Shown: in pieces, positions 1 to 12,164 of the stretch
Layout: the number at the start of each line of letters is the position of its first letter
How positions within the stretch are numbered: the first letter of the stretch is position 1
Assembly (NCBI GenBank): GCA_036172245.1
Contig: JAYWIR010000001.1
Location: 2,666,001 to 2,730,000 of the forward strand
DNA from: Raillietiella orientalis
Taxonomy: Eukaryota
Reading direction: 5' to 3'
Length of the DNA stretch: 64,000 nucleotides
Position numbers and translations under genes: made by a program
Notes under the pieces: model-generated
Databases searched by the model: none
What the model was told of the DNA's origin: nothing
Seen by the model: the letters and a program-made list of their open reading frames with translations, nothing else

Positions 1-3000
1 GTGGGAGCACACTCGGAGAAGGAGATCCTCCCGTCTCGCGGTTCCGTGGAACCCCAAACGCCTCCGCGATCCTCATACCTCCCCCCTTTTTTTTCTCTCT
101 CTCCACTTGTCCCAGCATGGCCTGTGTGCACTCTGACTTTTCAAACTCCCTTCCCGTGCTTGGGACAGGTGACGGGTGAGGCAGGATGGGGTCATTTGCA
201 CGCGGCCGAGGTGCTTCTGGCTACGCAGCGCTTCTGCAAGCGAGCAGCAGACCCCATAGCCGTGGAGACGAGTGAGCAGCTGCTCACCACAGAGAACCCC
301 TCAGTGAGCTCCTCGAGAGCCACTTCGATGGTTTGAGGCTTCGTGGTGCAGTTTGCACATGTGCCGAGCTGCTGGACGCTCAATGAACGACACGGTGACT
401 CAAGCACAGCTGCCGATGCATCTCTCTTTTTTTTTCTCTCCTCTCCTACCTTGCAGGCGTGTAAGTCAACCGAGAAATGCACAGATGACGTCATGAGAGC
501 TGGTGGCAGGCGTTGCCACCAGCTCTCTCGTGTATTCACGCAAGCGAAGTTCCACGATTCATCCCGTGGATCCGTCAGGAGCGGGCACGTGACCGCGAAC
601 TCCCGGGAACATCCCACTGCAATGCACGCTCCAAGCTGAGTTTGCGCGTCTCCAGGCAGCATCGTCCCCAGATGGGGGTGCGCACGAGGAGCTGCTGCAA
701 ATCCAGCGCATCTCTAGCAGCGCTGCACCGGGTTGCGCAGAACCAAAGGGGGCTGGATACTCCCCCGAAGGGAGGGGGAGAGTGGGAGCCGAAGGAAGCG
801 CGTCAGCAGGAGTTCCCCTTCATCCTTTCCTAGGAGAGCATTTGAACACTCTGAGGACTTAAGAAACTACTCATTTTGCGGAAAGGAGCACGCAGAGAGC
901 TCGGACTTGCGCACTCCACCCTCTTCCGCCTCGCGAGCCGAAAACAAAGGTCGGAAGGTGTAGGAAAGGGAATGCGTCCTTCACCGACCTGACTCTACTA
1001 AGGTTGCTGACGACACTTTTTGGAACCTCTCGATAGAGAGGGAATTCCAAGTACTCGTCTTGGCCTGCTCCCTTTCGAGTAGGCCACACCTGGTTTTATG
1101 ATGCAAATGGTCCATTGTTCCTGTGAACAAAAGCGTTCCTCTCTTTCAATAGTTGGCCTGGAATTGAAATTTCCTTTCCGCCTTTTGTCTTGGCTGAGGT
1201 CCTTGGTATGGGTCGTGCGTGGTGCAAAGTCGTGTTGTCCCCCTCTTTTGAAAGTCACCAAGCTGCACGGCTCGACTGCCCCTACTCCTTTCGCTTCCAA
1301 GCAGCACTGTGTGAAGCGCAGCTCGCTTTGAAGGGCTCGTTTCCCTTTTGCAAGAGGGTCACTCGAAAACTTCGAAATGGATTCGGGGGAGATGCTATTG
1401 CTGCAGCCCCATCCGTTCCCACGGCTCGTCCCACCAAGGGTGTGCTAGTCCTTCCTGTAGATGCATCGTCTTCCCTCCTTCCCATTTTTTCGAGGGAAAC
1501 ACCGGCGTGTTCCTCTTTCCACGAGTGCCCTGCGTGCTTTTTTCAATCCTTCGCAGATTTCGACCTGGAACCTTCTGGTGTTTTTCCAGTCCTGACGCAA
1601 GATTGCACGTCTTCAAAGATCCCTTGATGAAGCGTGTTCTTTCTTGATCCAGTGTCTCGCTCCTGATGTTGAGGAATAGCGAGGGGGGCTGGGGGTAGGT
1701 TCTGCAGCAGCTTCGAAACCCCACTTAACGAGGCGCAGCCACAGCAACATGTAAAGATGCTGCTACGCCAGAATCTGAACTTCGCACTCTCGTGGCAACC
1801 GTTACCGGAATTCTTTCTCTCTGATTCCGTCTCCGAAGAGTGATGCCGTTACTTTAGTGAAAACTTTCATAGAGTTGGTTGAAGGGTTTTTCTGAATTTC
1901 TGTTGCGCCGGGACATCTCGATCCATGTGCTACGATTTTCATAAGGATTGGAAGCAGGGAAGTGCCAAATCTGATGGACTGACGCGATAGAAACGAACAA
2001 AAAGAAAGAGTTGTGAGGTTTTCGCGCAAGGGCATCTGCGCTGCAGCCGTACAGGATCTCTAAGCGCTTCCCGTTGTGCTGTTCTTGCAGGAATGTTCTG
2101 GTGGAGCCGAGTTCGCCTCCGGCGTCACATTGTGCGAACTCCCGAATGTGGGAAGCGGGAGCCGTAGCTCACGCGAGCACTCTTGAAACTTCGGTGGAAA
2201 GAAAACCGAAGTCGCCAGCGAACCAAATACGGTGGCAACGCACTGAACAACAAATCCTGCCCTTTGACTAAGATCAAAGTACAGAACGCCGTTGCATCAC
2301 AGCATCGCGAAGAAACCGTGTTTCGCTAAAGAGTCGGAAGTGATTCTAACTTTCCTCCCCATCAACGGCGAGCGCCAGCGCGATTCCTCGCGGGGTGTCA
2401 GGTACTACGAGGCAAGCGATTGGAGGAGCCCACGATTCGGAACGAAGGCGGAAGCTGAGCATTCCACATCTCCCGCTCTCCTTCAATCAGTCACTGGTTG
2501 CACGGGAGCAAATCGAACGGGACTCGGAAGGAGAAGCGAAACTTTCCTGCTCACGGAAACCAGACGACGGTACTGCGTCGCAAAGCTCAGGGGAAACTTT
2601 TAGTCTCCTGCAAACACATGACCGAAGCAGGGATTCGGAGAAGGATGCGGTAGGGTCTTCAGGGAAAACTTGGACGCATCAGCTTGCTCCTGACTACAGG
2701 ACGGCAGGCGAGGTTTGCAATTGGGGAGAAAGGCATTGGGAACACGGGAACACCGGGGAGCGAGACAAGGATACGCACTAGCGGTGGTGCAGTCATCCCG
2801 CCAATGCAAAAGGATGATGCTCAGAGGAGGAAAAAATAGGTTCGGATCGAACCTTCCCTCAAGTAGTGGCAGGTTGTGCAGGAAGTTTCTCGGAAGATAC
2901 GAGGACGGCAACAAATCTGGAGTTGTTTAGATTTGCATCTCAAAGCATTCCGCAAGCTTCCCACTTTTTGGAAGGTGTGGATGAAGAAGAGAGGAATACA

Positions 3001-6000
3001 GATTTCCAGATGAGAAGAAAATCAAGACAAAAATCTCTTTCGTAACAGGGGCCTGCGAGGAATGAAATCGCTAGGGCATTTCGTTATCGGAATGAGGATC
3101 CTTAGGATCCCATCCAGTGTTTCCAAAGGAGGATGACGTCTCTTCCTCTTCTTTAATGGGAAGATCTCTGCAGAATTTCATCTCTCCGTCTGGACTGAAA
3201 ATTTTGCACCTCAAGGATCTTCCTTGAACGTGTTGTGGATGATTTTCAGCAAGCACGCAGCTTGATCTCTGCGCTCATCTGCAAAGCGGATGGATTTACA
3301 CGGGAGCGCGCAAGACGTGTAAGAAAAAGGCGTGAGATCGGCCACTCCCACACTGTTGCGAGGCGAAGGAACCTCATCAGACGATTTTCGCAATGCCCCT
3401 GCATCGTACTTCCCGGCTCTGCACAGGGGTTCCGGTACGAGGGACGGGCCTGAGACGGCACGAAATCGAAAAATCCTAAATCTTGCGCCACCGCAGTCGG
3501 AACCATCCGCCCCTCTGAGCCAGCCATACGCGAGAACCGAAACTCAAAAGGCCGCATCACAGCAGCAGAGTGGAAGTTGACGCGTGAAATCCAAGATGCT
3601 CGGAACTTGCAGGGGTGGAGAGCACAGATTCCCAGGACACTGAAACCAAACATCGCCACAGATTCCAAGTGCTCCTAGCTACTGCCCGATCTTCCGATAT
3701 TCCGCGAATTCTCAAAATCTGTCGATTTCGGAGGACTTCGAAGTCTCCAGGCGAGCGGAACAGCTTCCCCATTTTCCCTAAAAGATTCTCTTCAGGAGAT
3801 CCGACAGACGCGCAGGCTGCAACCGGTCCATCCAAGTGAGGTTGACAATCGAGCATCCCCCTGTTCTTGCACACCGAGCATGCAAAAAGGAGCATCTTGC
3901 AATTTCCGATGGAGCTCTCGTTCACACTCTTTCGCTTCTCCCCACTTATGGCTCCGCTGCCGTTCTCGCCATCGGAGTGACGAGCGTTAGGCGGGGGAAA
4001 AAGGTATGCAGCAGTCCTCTTTTGTCTGCATCAGCGACACGGTTTTTCGGGAGGGAAGGGGGAGGGGAGTCGAGGAGGAGTGCTGAGAAGGAAGCAAATC
4101 ATGTAGGGAGAGGCATCTGTAATTCTCCAAAATAAAGTATCGGAAAGAATCGATGATAATCCGGGAATTTGGCTCAGATGCAGCCGGAATAACGGATTTG
4201 TCCTGGATGCCTCCAATAATCGTTAAAGTTGTAATTAAGCCATCCGTTTCAAGAAACTTGAGAGGATAGCTTGGAACATTCATGCGGAAGGGGCAAAATG
4301 GCTCCTTGGGAAGCTACGGGATCGAAAAGAGGACGCCTTGGTACATTCAGTTCTTCAATTAGCGGAGCGCGATGCCACTTGGTTCTCGTGGAAGAAGTAA
4401 AAGCCCCCAAGTTTGATGAAAATCTGATCAACATGCCAGCTCGGAATGTGTAATTTCAGAAAAGTTTTCGAAACACGGATTTCTTCCGGTGCCTTTTTTC
4501 TAGAAGAAGATAAAAATCGATCTTTAAAGATCAAGTACTTTCGAGATCATATGATGAATGTTTCCTTCTTGATAAAAATGACGCCTTGTCAGAGTGCATC
4601 TCGCTTGCGCACACCATTCCCAGAAAACAGCTGTATCTCTTCGACTGTGGAGCAACGGATTCACCAGAGCAACTCAGTAAAAGCAAACGTGGGCACAGGT
4701 TGTGACCTTTGGCACGAAGTATCATGCCTTGCAGGTCGTGTCCTGCCCACGAGCAGCATTGCGTGTAGGTTTCGAGAGCACTTCTCAGTGCTGCAGAGAG
4801 GTATGCTAAACTCATAGATGTTGTGAAAACTAATGTCGGCCGCGTCCGATAACTGAGCTTTAGGAGAGGCAATCGAGCGACGTTGGCACCGGGAAGACAC
4901 GTGATTCCAAAGATCACAGGAAAAAACTACAAAACCGCATTTCTCGTGGACACTAACTAATTCCTCAGCTTCACTGTCCTCATTCTGTGGAGAGTTGCCA
5001 GTTTCCCCAGGTTCCTTGATGTGGTGCATGCCACCTAGGGTGCTGCTGCGTTCAAATTAGAACCATGGCGCCCTAAATAGCAGCCAGCAAACTCCGAGCG
5101 CTTAAGCGTTACTAAGTCTTCAGATAGACTTGCAAAGGGAAAGCGCAGATGGAAAAGAGTGGTTCGGACCTCGGATTAAGTCAAAAAGGATGGAAGAAGA
5201 AAGTGTTTGCTGAAACTGGAATCCAGGACAATGATGTTCGCTGCCGTAAAGACCATGAATGGGAAAATGCTTCAAATGGATTCGGGAAGCGAATGGCACT
5301 TGGCGGAATACGAAGGAAAGACCTGAGGTACGGTGCTGCCCAAGAAGGATGGAACCCGAGCGCTTTCTGCAGGATACATTCAGGAATACCATGGATGCTT
5401 GACAGTTTGAGGTTCGACACTGAGGTTGAGAACATTCTTCCCGGATGAAGACGGAGGACAACCCCAGAAAATGCCATGTGTCGAAATTTGAAATCAAGTA
5501 AAGAATGCGCTTTCTCCTGGCAGTGCACAGGCATGAAGATCAGAAAGGTTCTCCTTGGATACTGTCTTGATGACAAGTGTAAGGAAGCACGAGCTGCATC
5601 CTCACGTGTCTCCCCTAAAGCCAACTTCCATGTGACCGAAATGCCATGAGAGACAGATCATGTTTGCGCAGCATCCGCGAATAACCCCACCGAGAGAACG
5701 GCATTTTTCTTCCTCTAGAGGCGTTTGCAGTCATTTCTAGGTTTCTTACTAGCGCGTGTAATCCACCCTCTCTCCGGATTCTCAGCCTACGATGAAAAAC
5801 GGCAAGCTACATCGATTACTTCTGCTCTCGGGACAGCGGAGTTCCAGGAGAGCCTGCAGCCAACTCAGCGGCAAGGGAAGTTCGTTTTCGACCTTCGTTT
5901 CCATCCATGCTTTTGGTCCCTTTCCCTTCTCGCGAAAGGTTCTTGAACGTCTTCAGTTGAGACGACGATCTCGTTCCAGAATGCTTCAAGTGCTTCGAAC

Positions 6001-7413
6001 GAACAAGTGCACAAATCACCGGAGCTCTTTATGCACGAATGCCATGGTTCCTACACTACAGTTGGCAATTACTGCGTCGTACGCATCTACTGGTCGCAGA
6101 ATTTGAAAATGTCCAATAGCTACCACGTCCTTCTATCACAAAGATTTGCAGCTAATGAATCTACAGTCTTGATGATTGGAAAGGCACTTTGGATGTCTGG
6201 CAGGGAAGGAATTTCTATAACTAATCTCCACAGGAGAATAGAACGAAATCCCAGCTCCTCCCTGGAGAGCGGAATACCAAATGAGAAATTTGCCCAACGA
6301 GACGAAATTTCCTTCCTGCAAGGGAAAGAAGCTCCTGGGCGGGCTGGGAGCCGCTCGTGTCCTGGACGCTCGTTCGATTCTCGACTTGGTGCACTCATGA
6401 TTTCTGAACCTGCTTCCCACCTCCCTGAATCGGGAACTCAGAGAAGCATCGACTGCTGCCATACCCGTGTAGAATCCCGAACTTTGGGAAGTTCGGGGGC
6501 GGATCAAAACCTTCCAAGGTTCCGGATGCCACCGCTGCTGAGGAAAGTGGGTGGAGAGGACGCTCCCCGTCTCATGGGTCCAAGCGTGCTTTCGTCTGAA
6601 GGAAATCCCGGAGACGTTGGAGCTCATTGGCTTGGCAGCTATCGTCCCTGACAAGGGAATCGCTCCAGTTTCGAGAAAAGGAAGAATGAAAGCCGACGTT
6701 TTTCAAACCGCTTCCTTCCTTCGATCGGTAAAGTGTGGATTCTCTGTATCCCTGGGTGAGGGGTCCGGAAGAAATCCTGCTGCTGTTGCTGTCCGTCAGA
6801 GATCAACATTCGGGAATGTTCCATCGTTCAGTGGCTGACGAAGAGTTTCTTTGTAGCTCGCGAGTCTCCCGATATTCTGGAACCAGGGTCAGTTCGTATG
6901 CGCATTCGGCTATCGTGCTCCTTCCCGTTTCTCCAGAAAATCAATGAAGGGATCCACAACATGTTGATGGAATCCTGCAGGATCCCCATTCCGGTCAGCA
7001 AACACTCTGAACGATCGCTACTTATCTCTGACGTCATCGCGGAGAGGAGATTCTTCCACTCCGCGTTTGCGAAAAGCGACGAGTGGCCGAAGCGATGGGC
7101 GCCAACGTCGTAGCACCCCGAATTCAGAATGCGACACAGGGCATGCGCGGATTCTGGGATTCTGTGATGAAGGCACTTTGATTAGCGGAGCACCCTCCAT
7201 CTTTATTGCCCCTCCCCCCGTCCACAGGCACCTGGTCGATTCCTCACGCGACGTATCCTGGCGCTCTCAGCCGTCCCAAGACCATGAGTATCGCGACCAC
7301 CGGACACTCCGAGAAGGCAGAATGAAGCGGTCTTCGCATCTACCACTCGGCGCGTGCGTCAGTCCACGGGTGGACGGCCCGGCCCGTCTTGAGGGCTCTC
7401 TGAGTTTCTTTAG

Positions 7414-7452
7414 ACTCCAGGATTCATCCATCCCCTGGATGAATCCCGGGGT
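7414..7452. repeat. Inverted repeat / hairpin
   Basis: ggattcatcca (7420-7430), 5-nt loop tcccc, tggatgaatcc (7436-7446) form a perfect 11-bp stem, extended after one mismatch by actcc/ggggt (one G-T pair). Confidence 0.8.
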
Positions 7453-7620
7453 AAGCGGTTTGCCTCCGGGCGACTTCTGCAGTGGCACAGGATCTCGTCG
7501 GTCGCCGGTGTGGTTGGATGCCTTGCGCGCACGAGGCAGTGAGGGTGGCGCGAACAACCGAATGCGCGCCAGAGCGCGGCACTGGCGCCTGAGCACGCGC
7601 ACTCGATTGCGGCGTACGGA

Positions 7621-7640
7621 ATGTGCGCGCGCGCGCGCGC
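7621..7640. repeat. Alternating purine-pyrimidine tract with (GC)8, Z-DNA prone
   Basis: atgtgcgcgcgcgcgcgcgc seen directly. Confidence 0.8.
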
Positions 7641-10600
7641 TCCAAACGTCCCACGGCGCACGTTCGTTCTATGATTCAGGTCGTCCAGGACTTCCCGAAG
7701 AGAAGAGGGGGGAGAGCAGAGGAAAAGAGGAAAACTGATCCAAGAGTTCGATCATCTCTTCCAAAGTTCTGGAAGCAAAGGCAGCACGCCGCCTTGCATA
7801 CCTCCCCATTTACGTCATGCCGGGATTCGGGGATATCCTGTTTTTTCTAATTTAAAGCACACACGAACCGTGCGCGCGCGCCTGTGCACGCGCACAGCAA
7901 ATTTACTAACTTCCCGGAGTGAACCCTGTCATCCTGGACTATTCGCAAAGAAGAATGGGAAGAGGGGGGAAGGAGAGGCACTGGAAGGGAAAGAGGAGGG
8001 GGGGACGCCATGATAGGGAAGAAAGGAAAAAAGGATACACAGAAACACACACACACGACAGGAGGAAGGAGGGACATCAGCAGTCCGCAGGAGCTCGTGG
8101 GTGCGCATACGCGGGGGGTTTGTGACGGGTCTCTCTCGTCAGCGCCCCTGGCGGCCAGCCGCAAGAGCTCCTTCCAGAGAGCGGGATGTGCCGACGAAGC
8201 GGAGCCGGAGAAAACACAAAAAAAAAACAAATACAAATGCGAAGGAAGGAAGGAAAGAAATTTGCCGCAGCTTCCGGGAGCGCAGCTCCCGCCCGCCCGC
8301 TTGATGTCCCGGAAGAATTTACGGCCGTCCGCCCGATCGCTCCCGGGCGCGATAAGAAAAATCGCCGTCCCGGATATCCAATTAGACCGTTCCTCCTCAA
8401 GGCGGAAGGTATCGATTCTTCCTCCCGCCAGAGGAGAAGGAGAAGGAGGGGTGTCCCCCCCTCCGACTCCTCCCCTGTGGCTCCCGGCAGCAACGGCGCC
8501 ACAAGCGGTTCCGGGCGGGGCGAGCGGTGAGTCTCCTCTCCATGCAGCGCCTTCAGAAAAACTTCCTATAGCTGTCCACACCTCCCTCCTCTCTCCCTTT
8601 CGTTCCTCCTCCTTTTCTGTGGCTGCTCTTTGCTTGGGTTTTCCTTCCCTCGAGGCCGGCCATCGCCCCGGGCATTTCGGCCAGTACAACAGCGCCAGGG
8701 AGACTGCAAGAGCCGCAACGGCTTTCCAGTCGGGGTTCCCTGGGAATCTCGGCTAGGGAGGTTCTGGCGTCCGACGCTCCCTTGCGAAGCGGACCATCGC
8801 GAGGAGCGTTCCACTCCACTCCGCTCACCCGCTGGAGAGAGGCGGGATTCAGCACTCGTCGCGGGGAGGGAGGGGCCCAAGAAGCTCCCGAGCCCCTCCT
8901 TCCTAGAGCCAAAAGGGAGGAGCGAAAGGGGTTTTCCCTGTCCCTTTGCAGCGCCCAGATGTCGTTTCCTCCGTTTTCTCCGGGCTCGAGGCGAGGAGAT
9001 CTAGCTTAAGGGTCCTGGCTTAGGACGGTCTTCCGGGATAGTCCAGGGAGCGAGTCTGCAGCGACTCGGCCTGGAGCCATCTGAGTCGTGGAAGATGCCC
9101 GTGGCGACCTCCGGGACCCCTTGATCTCCAGGGGGCTCTGGGTATAAGATGGGAGCCTCCACGACCCGGAAGGGACGAAAGGTCAAGGCAGCAACGCTTT
9201 CATTTCCACCCCGCCCATCACTAAAGCCATCACGGGAGCAACGTTCCTCCAGGACGACGTCCGGGGACAGAAACGACGGCGCGTGCGCTCCACGGAAGCC
9301 ATCCCAAACCCCATCCCGGGAAGCGGGCCCTGGGGCGCGCTCCCAGGTGGACCGCCGCAATCCAGAGCGTTCCCGGTGGAGCGGAGGGTGACTGGGTCTC
9401 TCTACAGCCCCGCCGCCGATGGAACCCTGCCGGGAAAGGGTTGTCCCTAGGGCAGCGGGTGAAGCGCGAGGGCAGCGCGGCTCCTGCTTTCCCTCAAGTC
9501 TCGTCCCGGGGGGCATCGCGCCCCAAGGCGTCTCCTGCCCACTCGCCCCGCGTGCGCCGGCTGCAGACGCCCGAGGAGCAGAGAAGGGAAGGTCGCGGAT
9601 CCTCCCGAGAGCCGCGGGGGAGATTCTGTTTTTCACGCGATCCACTAGGCAGCGCTGCGACTCGGATTGCAAGTCCCAATGCCTCTAGAGGGAGAGACGT
9701 AAAGGGGAGCTACCTATCTCCCCCTCTTCCTCTGCTCCAGGGAAGAGACTTTCTGCCTGTTCCTGCTTGCTGCCCCCCTCTGTCTTCCTCTTGCGACCCT
9801 CTCCCTCCCCCTTTCCCGGATTCCCTCTCAGATTTCCGCCCTACCTTCCGCCACTCTCTCCCGGCGGCGGCCCATCCGGGTTTTCCCGGGCGAGAGCCGT
9901 GCCTATGGAGAACGCCGCTGTCAAGTTTCCGGTTTCGTCCGTTTGAGGAGAAAAAAAACGGAAAAAAAAAAATCGATGAATTCTTCCCCCTCCCTTCCTC
10001 TCCCCTCTCTGATCCCTGCCTTCCCGGGACTCTGAGAGAGGAAGTGCGGAAAGAGGGAACGATCGGAAGCTTCGTTGCCTTCCGTTTCTTTTTTTTTCCT
10101 TTTTTCCTCCCCCTTTTTTCTCTCCCGAAGGAGGAAGGAATAAGGGCGGGGTAATCGGGGTTGGAGGGGCGGGAACTGGAAGCGCGTCCCAGCCACCGCT
10201 CGCGTCCCCGAGGGAAGACGAGGCTGCAGAGACGGCGAAGGCGTCCCGGGGAGCGAAGCGCAGAGGGAGCGAAAAGATCGGCTCTCGAAAGGATGCGGAG
10301 GTTGTCCAGACGGCAAGAAACGCCATGCTCACGAGTGTGCGTCAGCTGCGCGGGAGGGCGTTCCTGGGAGCTCCCGCGATTCCCCGCTCGCCCTCGATAC
10401 GGAGGCGAAGAGAGGGTCCTCAGTCATCCTGCCTCTGCCTCCCAAGGGACGCGGGAGTGGGCCGTCCCTTCGGACCATCCCGCCCTACACGTGCGAGGGT
10501 GCTAGGAGTGGGAAGAACATCCATCCCACGGGATTGGGGAGGTGGCGGAGGCAGCGGGAGACACCGAGAGTTCCTCCCGCGGGCGTCTCATCTTTCCCAG

Positions 10601-10803
10601 TCCTGACACCTCCGGGGAAAGGAGGACCCCCAGCTCTGGCGAAGATACTCCCCCTCTCCTTTCCTCCCTCTCTCGTGTGGTGAGTAGGAGGAACCTCTGG
10701 AGGAAGGGTAGGGAAGAGGAAAGGGGCGAAACTTTTCTTCTCCACATTTTCCCCCTTTCCTGCCTACCCTCTGCTGTGTTTTTTTTTTTGTGTGTGTTTT
10801 TTC

Positions 10804-10827
10804 GGGGGGGGGGGGGTAGGGGGGGGG
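10804..10827 (+). repeat. G13-TA-G9 tract, G-quadruplex-capable
   Basis: Seen directly, preceded by T/TG runs. Similar G runs occur near 11018-11030 and 40344-40360. Confidence 0.7.
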
Positions 10828-11941
10828 AGACAGGTCACGTAGAGGAAGAAGAAGAGCAGCCAGCGGCGGCAGCGGGTCCTTCCTTTCCCCGTGAGGCCCT
10901 CCCTCCTTCCTCCCGGCTGCCACGCAGACAATGGGGCGAGCGGGAGAGCCCTGGCTGTGCACAGCATAATAATCGCTGCCTGCTCTTTGTGTGGGATACA
11001 CGGGGCGGCGCTCGAGAAGGGGGGGGGGGGAGGGAGGAGAGGAGGAAAGGAAAGGTGGGGAGCATGAAGAGGAGCGTCCGCCGTCACGGGTGGGCCGGCC
11101 CCCGGCCCTGGAATCGCGGCTGCCGTCAGCGACAGCATGCAAATGAGTCGCGAGGTGGAACAGGAGAGCGGGGTCCCGGAAAAAAGGGCTCCCCGGATTC
11201 CGTGACGGGAATCTTTCGTGAGCGGAGTCGCCCCCTCGTTCCGTGGTGGTGGCGGCTGCAGTCCGTGGAAGCGGAAGGGCGGCTGAAGGGTGAAGCGAAC
11301 AGCGAAAGCGACAGAACAGAACCGGTCTCCTCCTTCCTCCTCTTTCTCCTCTTCCCTATCGTTGGTCAGCAATGGACGGCGTTCAGGGAGAGTAGAGAAG
11401 AGAAAAGGTCCAGCGGGAAGAGGGGAGGAAGATCGGGAAAGACGAAGCAACGAAGGTGAGAGGATGGCGAGGATGCAGGCGAAGACGCGCAGAGGACGGA
11501 TGCGCGCTTCAGAGGGAGGTCGAAAACTACACGGAGGAGGGGGAGGAGGCAGACAGACGTGTCCAGATGGAAGTAAAAGGCCGCGAGGAAACTGGGAAAG
11601 GGAGTGGGGTGAGAGTGGTGTCAGAAGGAAAGGAAGGGAGCAGAAGGAAAGCATTGGCAGCGACCGACAGGAGATAGATGGGAAAAAGGAGGGACGGGGA
11701 GGTCGAGACTGGGAAAGGGTGCACTGGGAGGAGGGCAGTAGAGGCAAACGCATTCTCAGGGAGAAAGAAAAAAATGGAAAGAAATGGCGGAGGAAGTTCG
11801 GCGACCAATCAGATGTTTCAGAAGGAGGAGCCCGAGCGATTGATTTGTTTTCTCCCCCTTCCCGGAAAAGTTACTGCTCTGCCCGCAACAGCCGCTTCAT
11901 CCCCTTACTTTCCGTCCCCCTGCTCTCTTGTCCATTCTTAC

Positions 11942-12164
11942 CGGTGTGCAGCCTCGTGTGCTGCTGCACGTGGGACAGCTGCTTGAACTTCCGGTCGCAG
12001 TAGCTGCACTTGTATGGTTTCTCTCCCGTGTGGACACGGATATGCTGGACCAATTGATGGTTAGACGAGAAGGACTTCAGGCATTGTTGGCACTGGTGCG
12101 GCTTGACCTCGTTCCGGTGGACTTCACGAGCATGCAGCTGCATAGCCGATTTGTGGGCGAAGAT
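11942..12164 (-). CDS. dati: Internal coding exon of a C2H2 zinc-finger transcription factor, LIN-29/rotund/squeeze/ZNF384 family, datilografo-like
   Basis: Translation IFAHKSAMQLHAREVH-RNEVKPHQCQQCLKSFSSNHQLVQHIRVHTGEKPYKCSYCDRKFKQLSHVQQHTRLHT(G): a half finger plus two complete C-x2-C-x12-H-x3-H fingers with a TGEKPY linker. Acceptor tttgctctctttccag|ATC at 12164 (phase 0) and donor ACCG|gtaaga at 11942 (phase 1); 223 nt. The exon call is strong. The dati assignment is from recalled family sequence and needs BLAST confirmation. Confidence 0.88.

Larger units (their letters stand above)
1..11941 (-). other. Intron downstream of the zinc-finger exon, apparently extending beyond the window start
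   Basis: Donor gtaaga at 11941. The expected continuation (E-[RK]-P-Y/F-x-C finger) was not found in 1-11941 in the ORF track or by eye. Confidence 0.55.
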
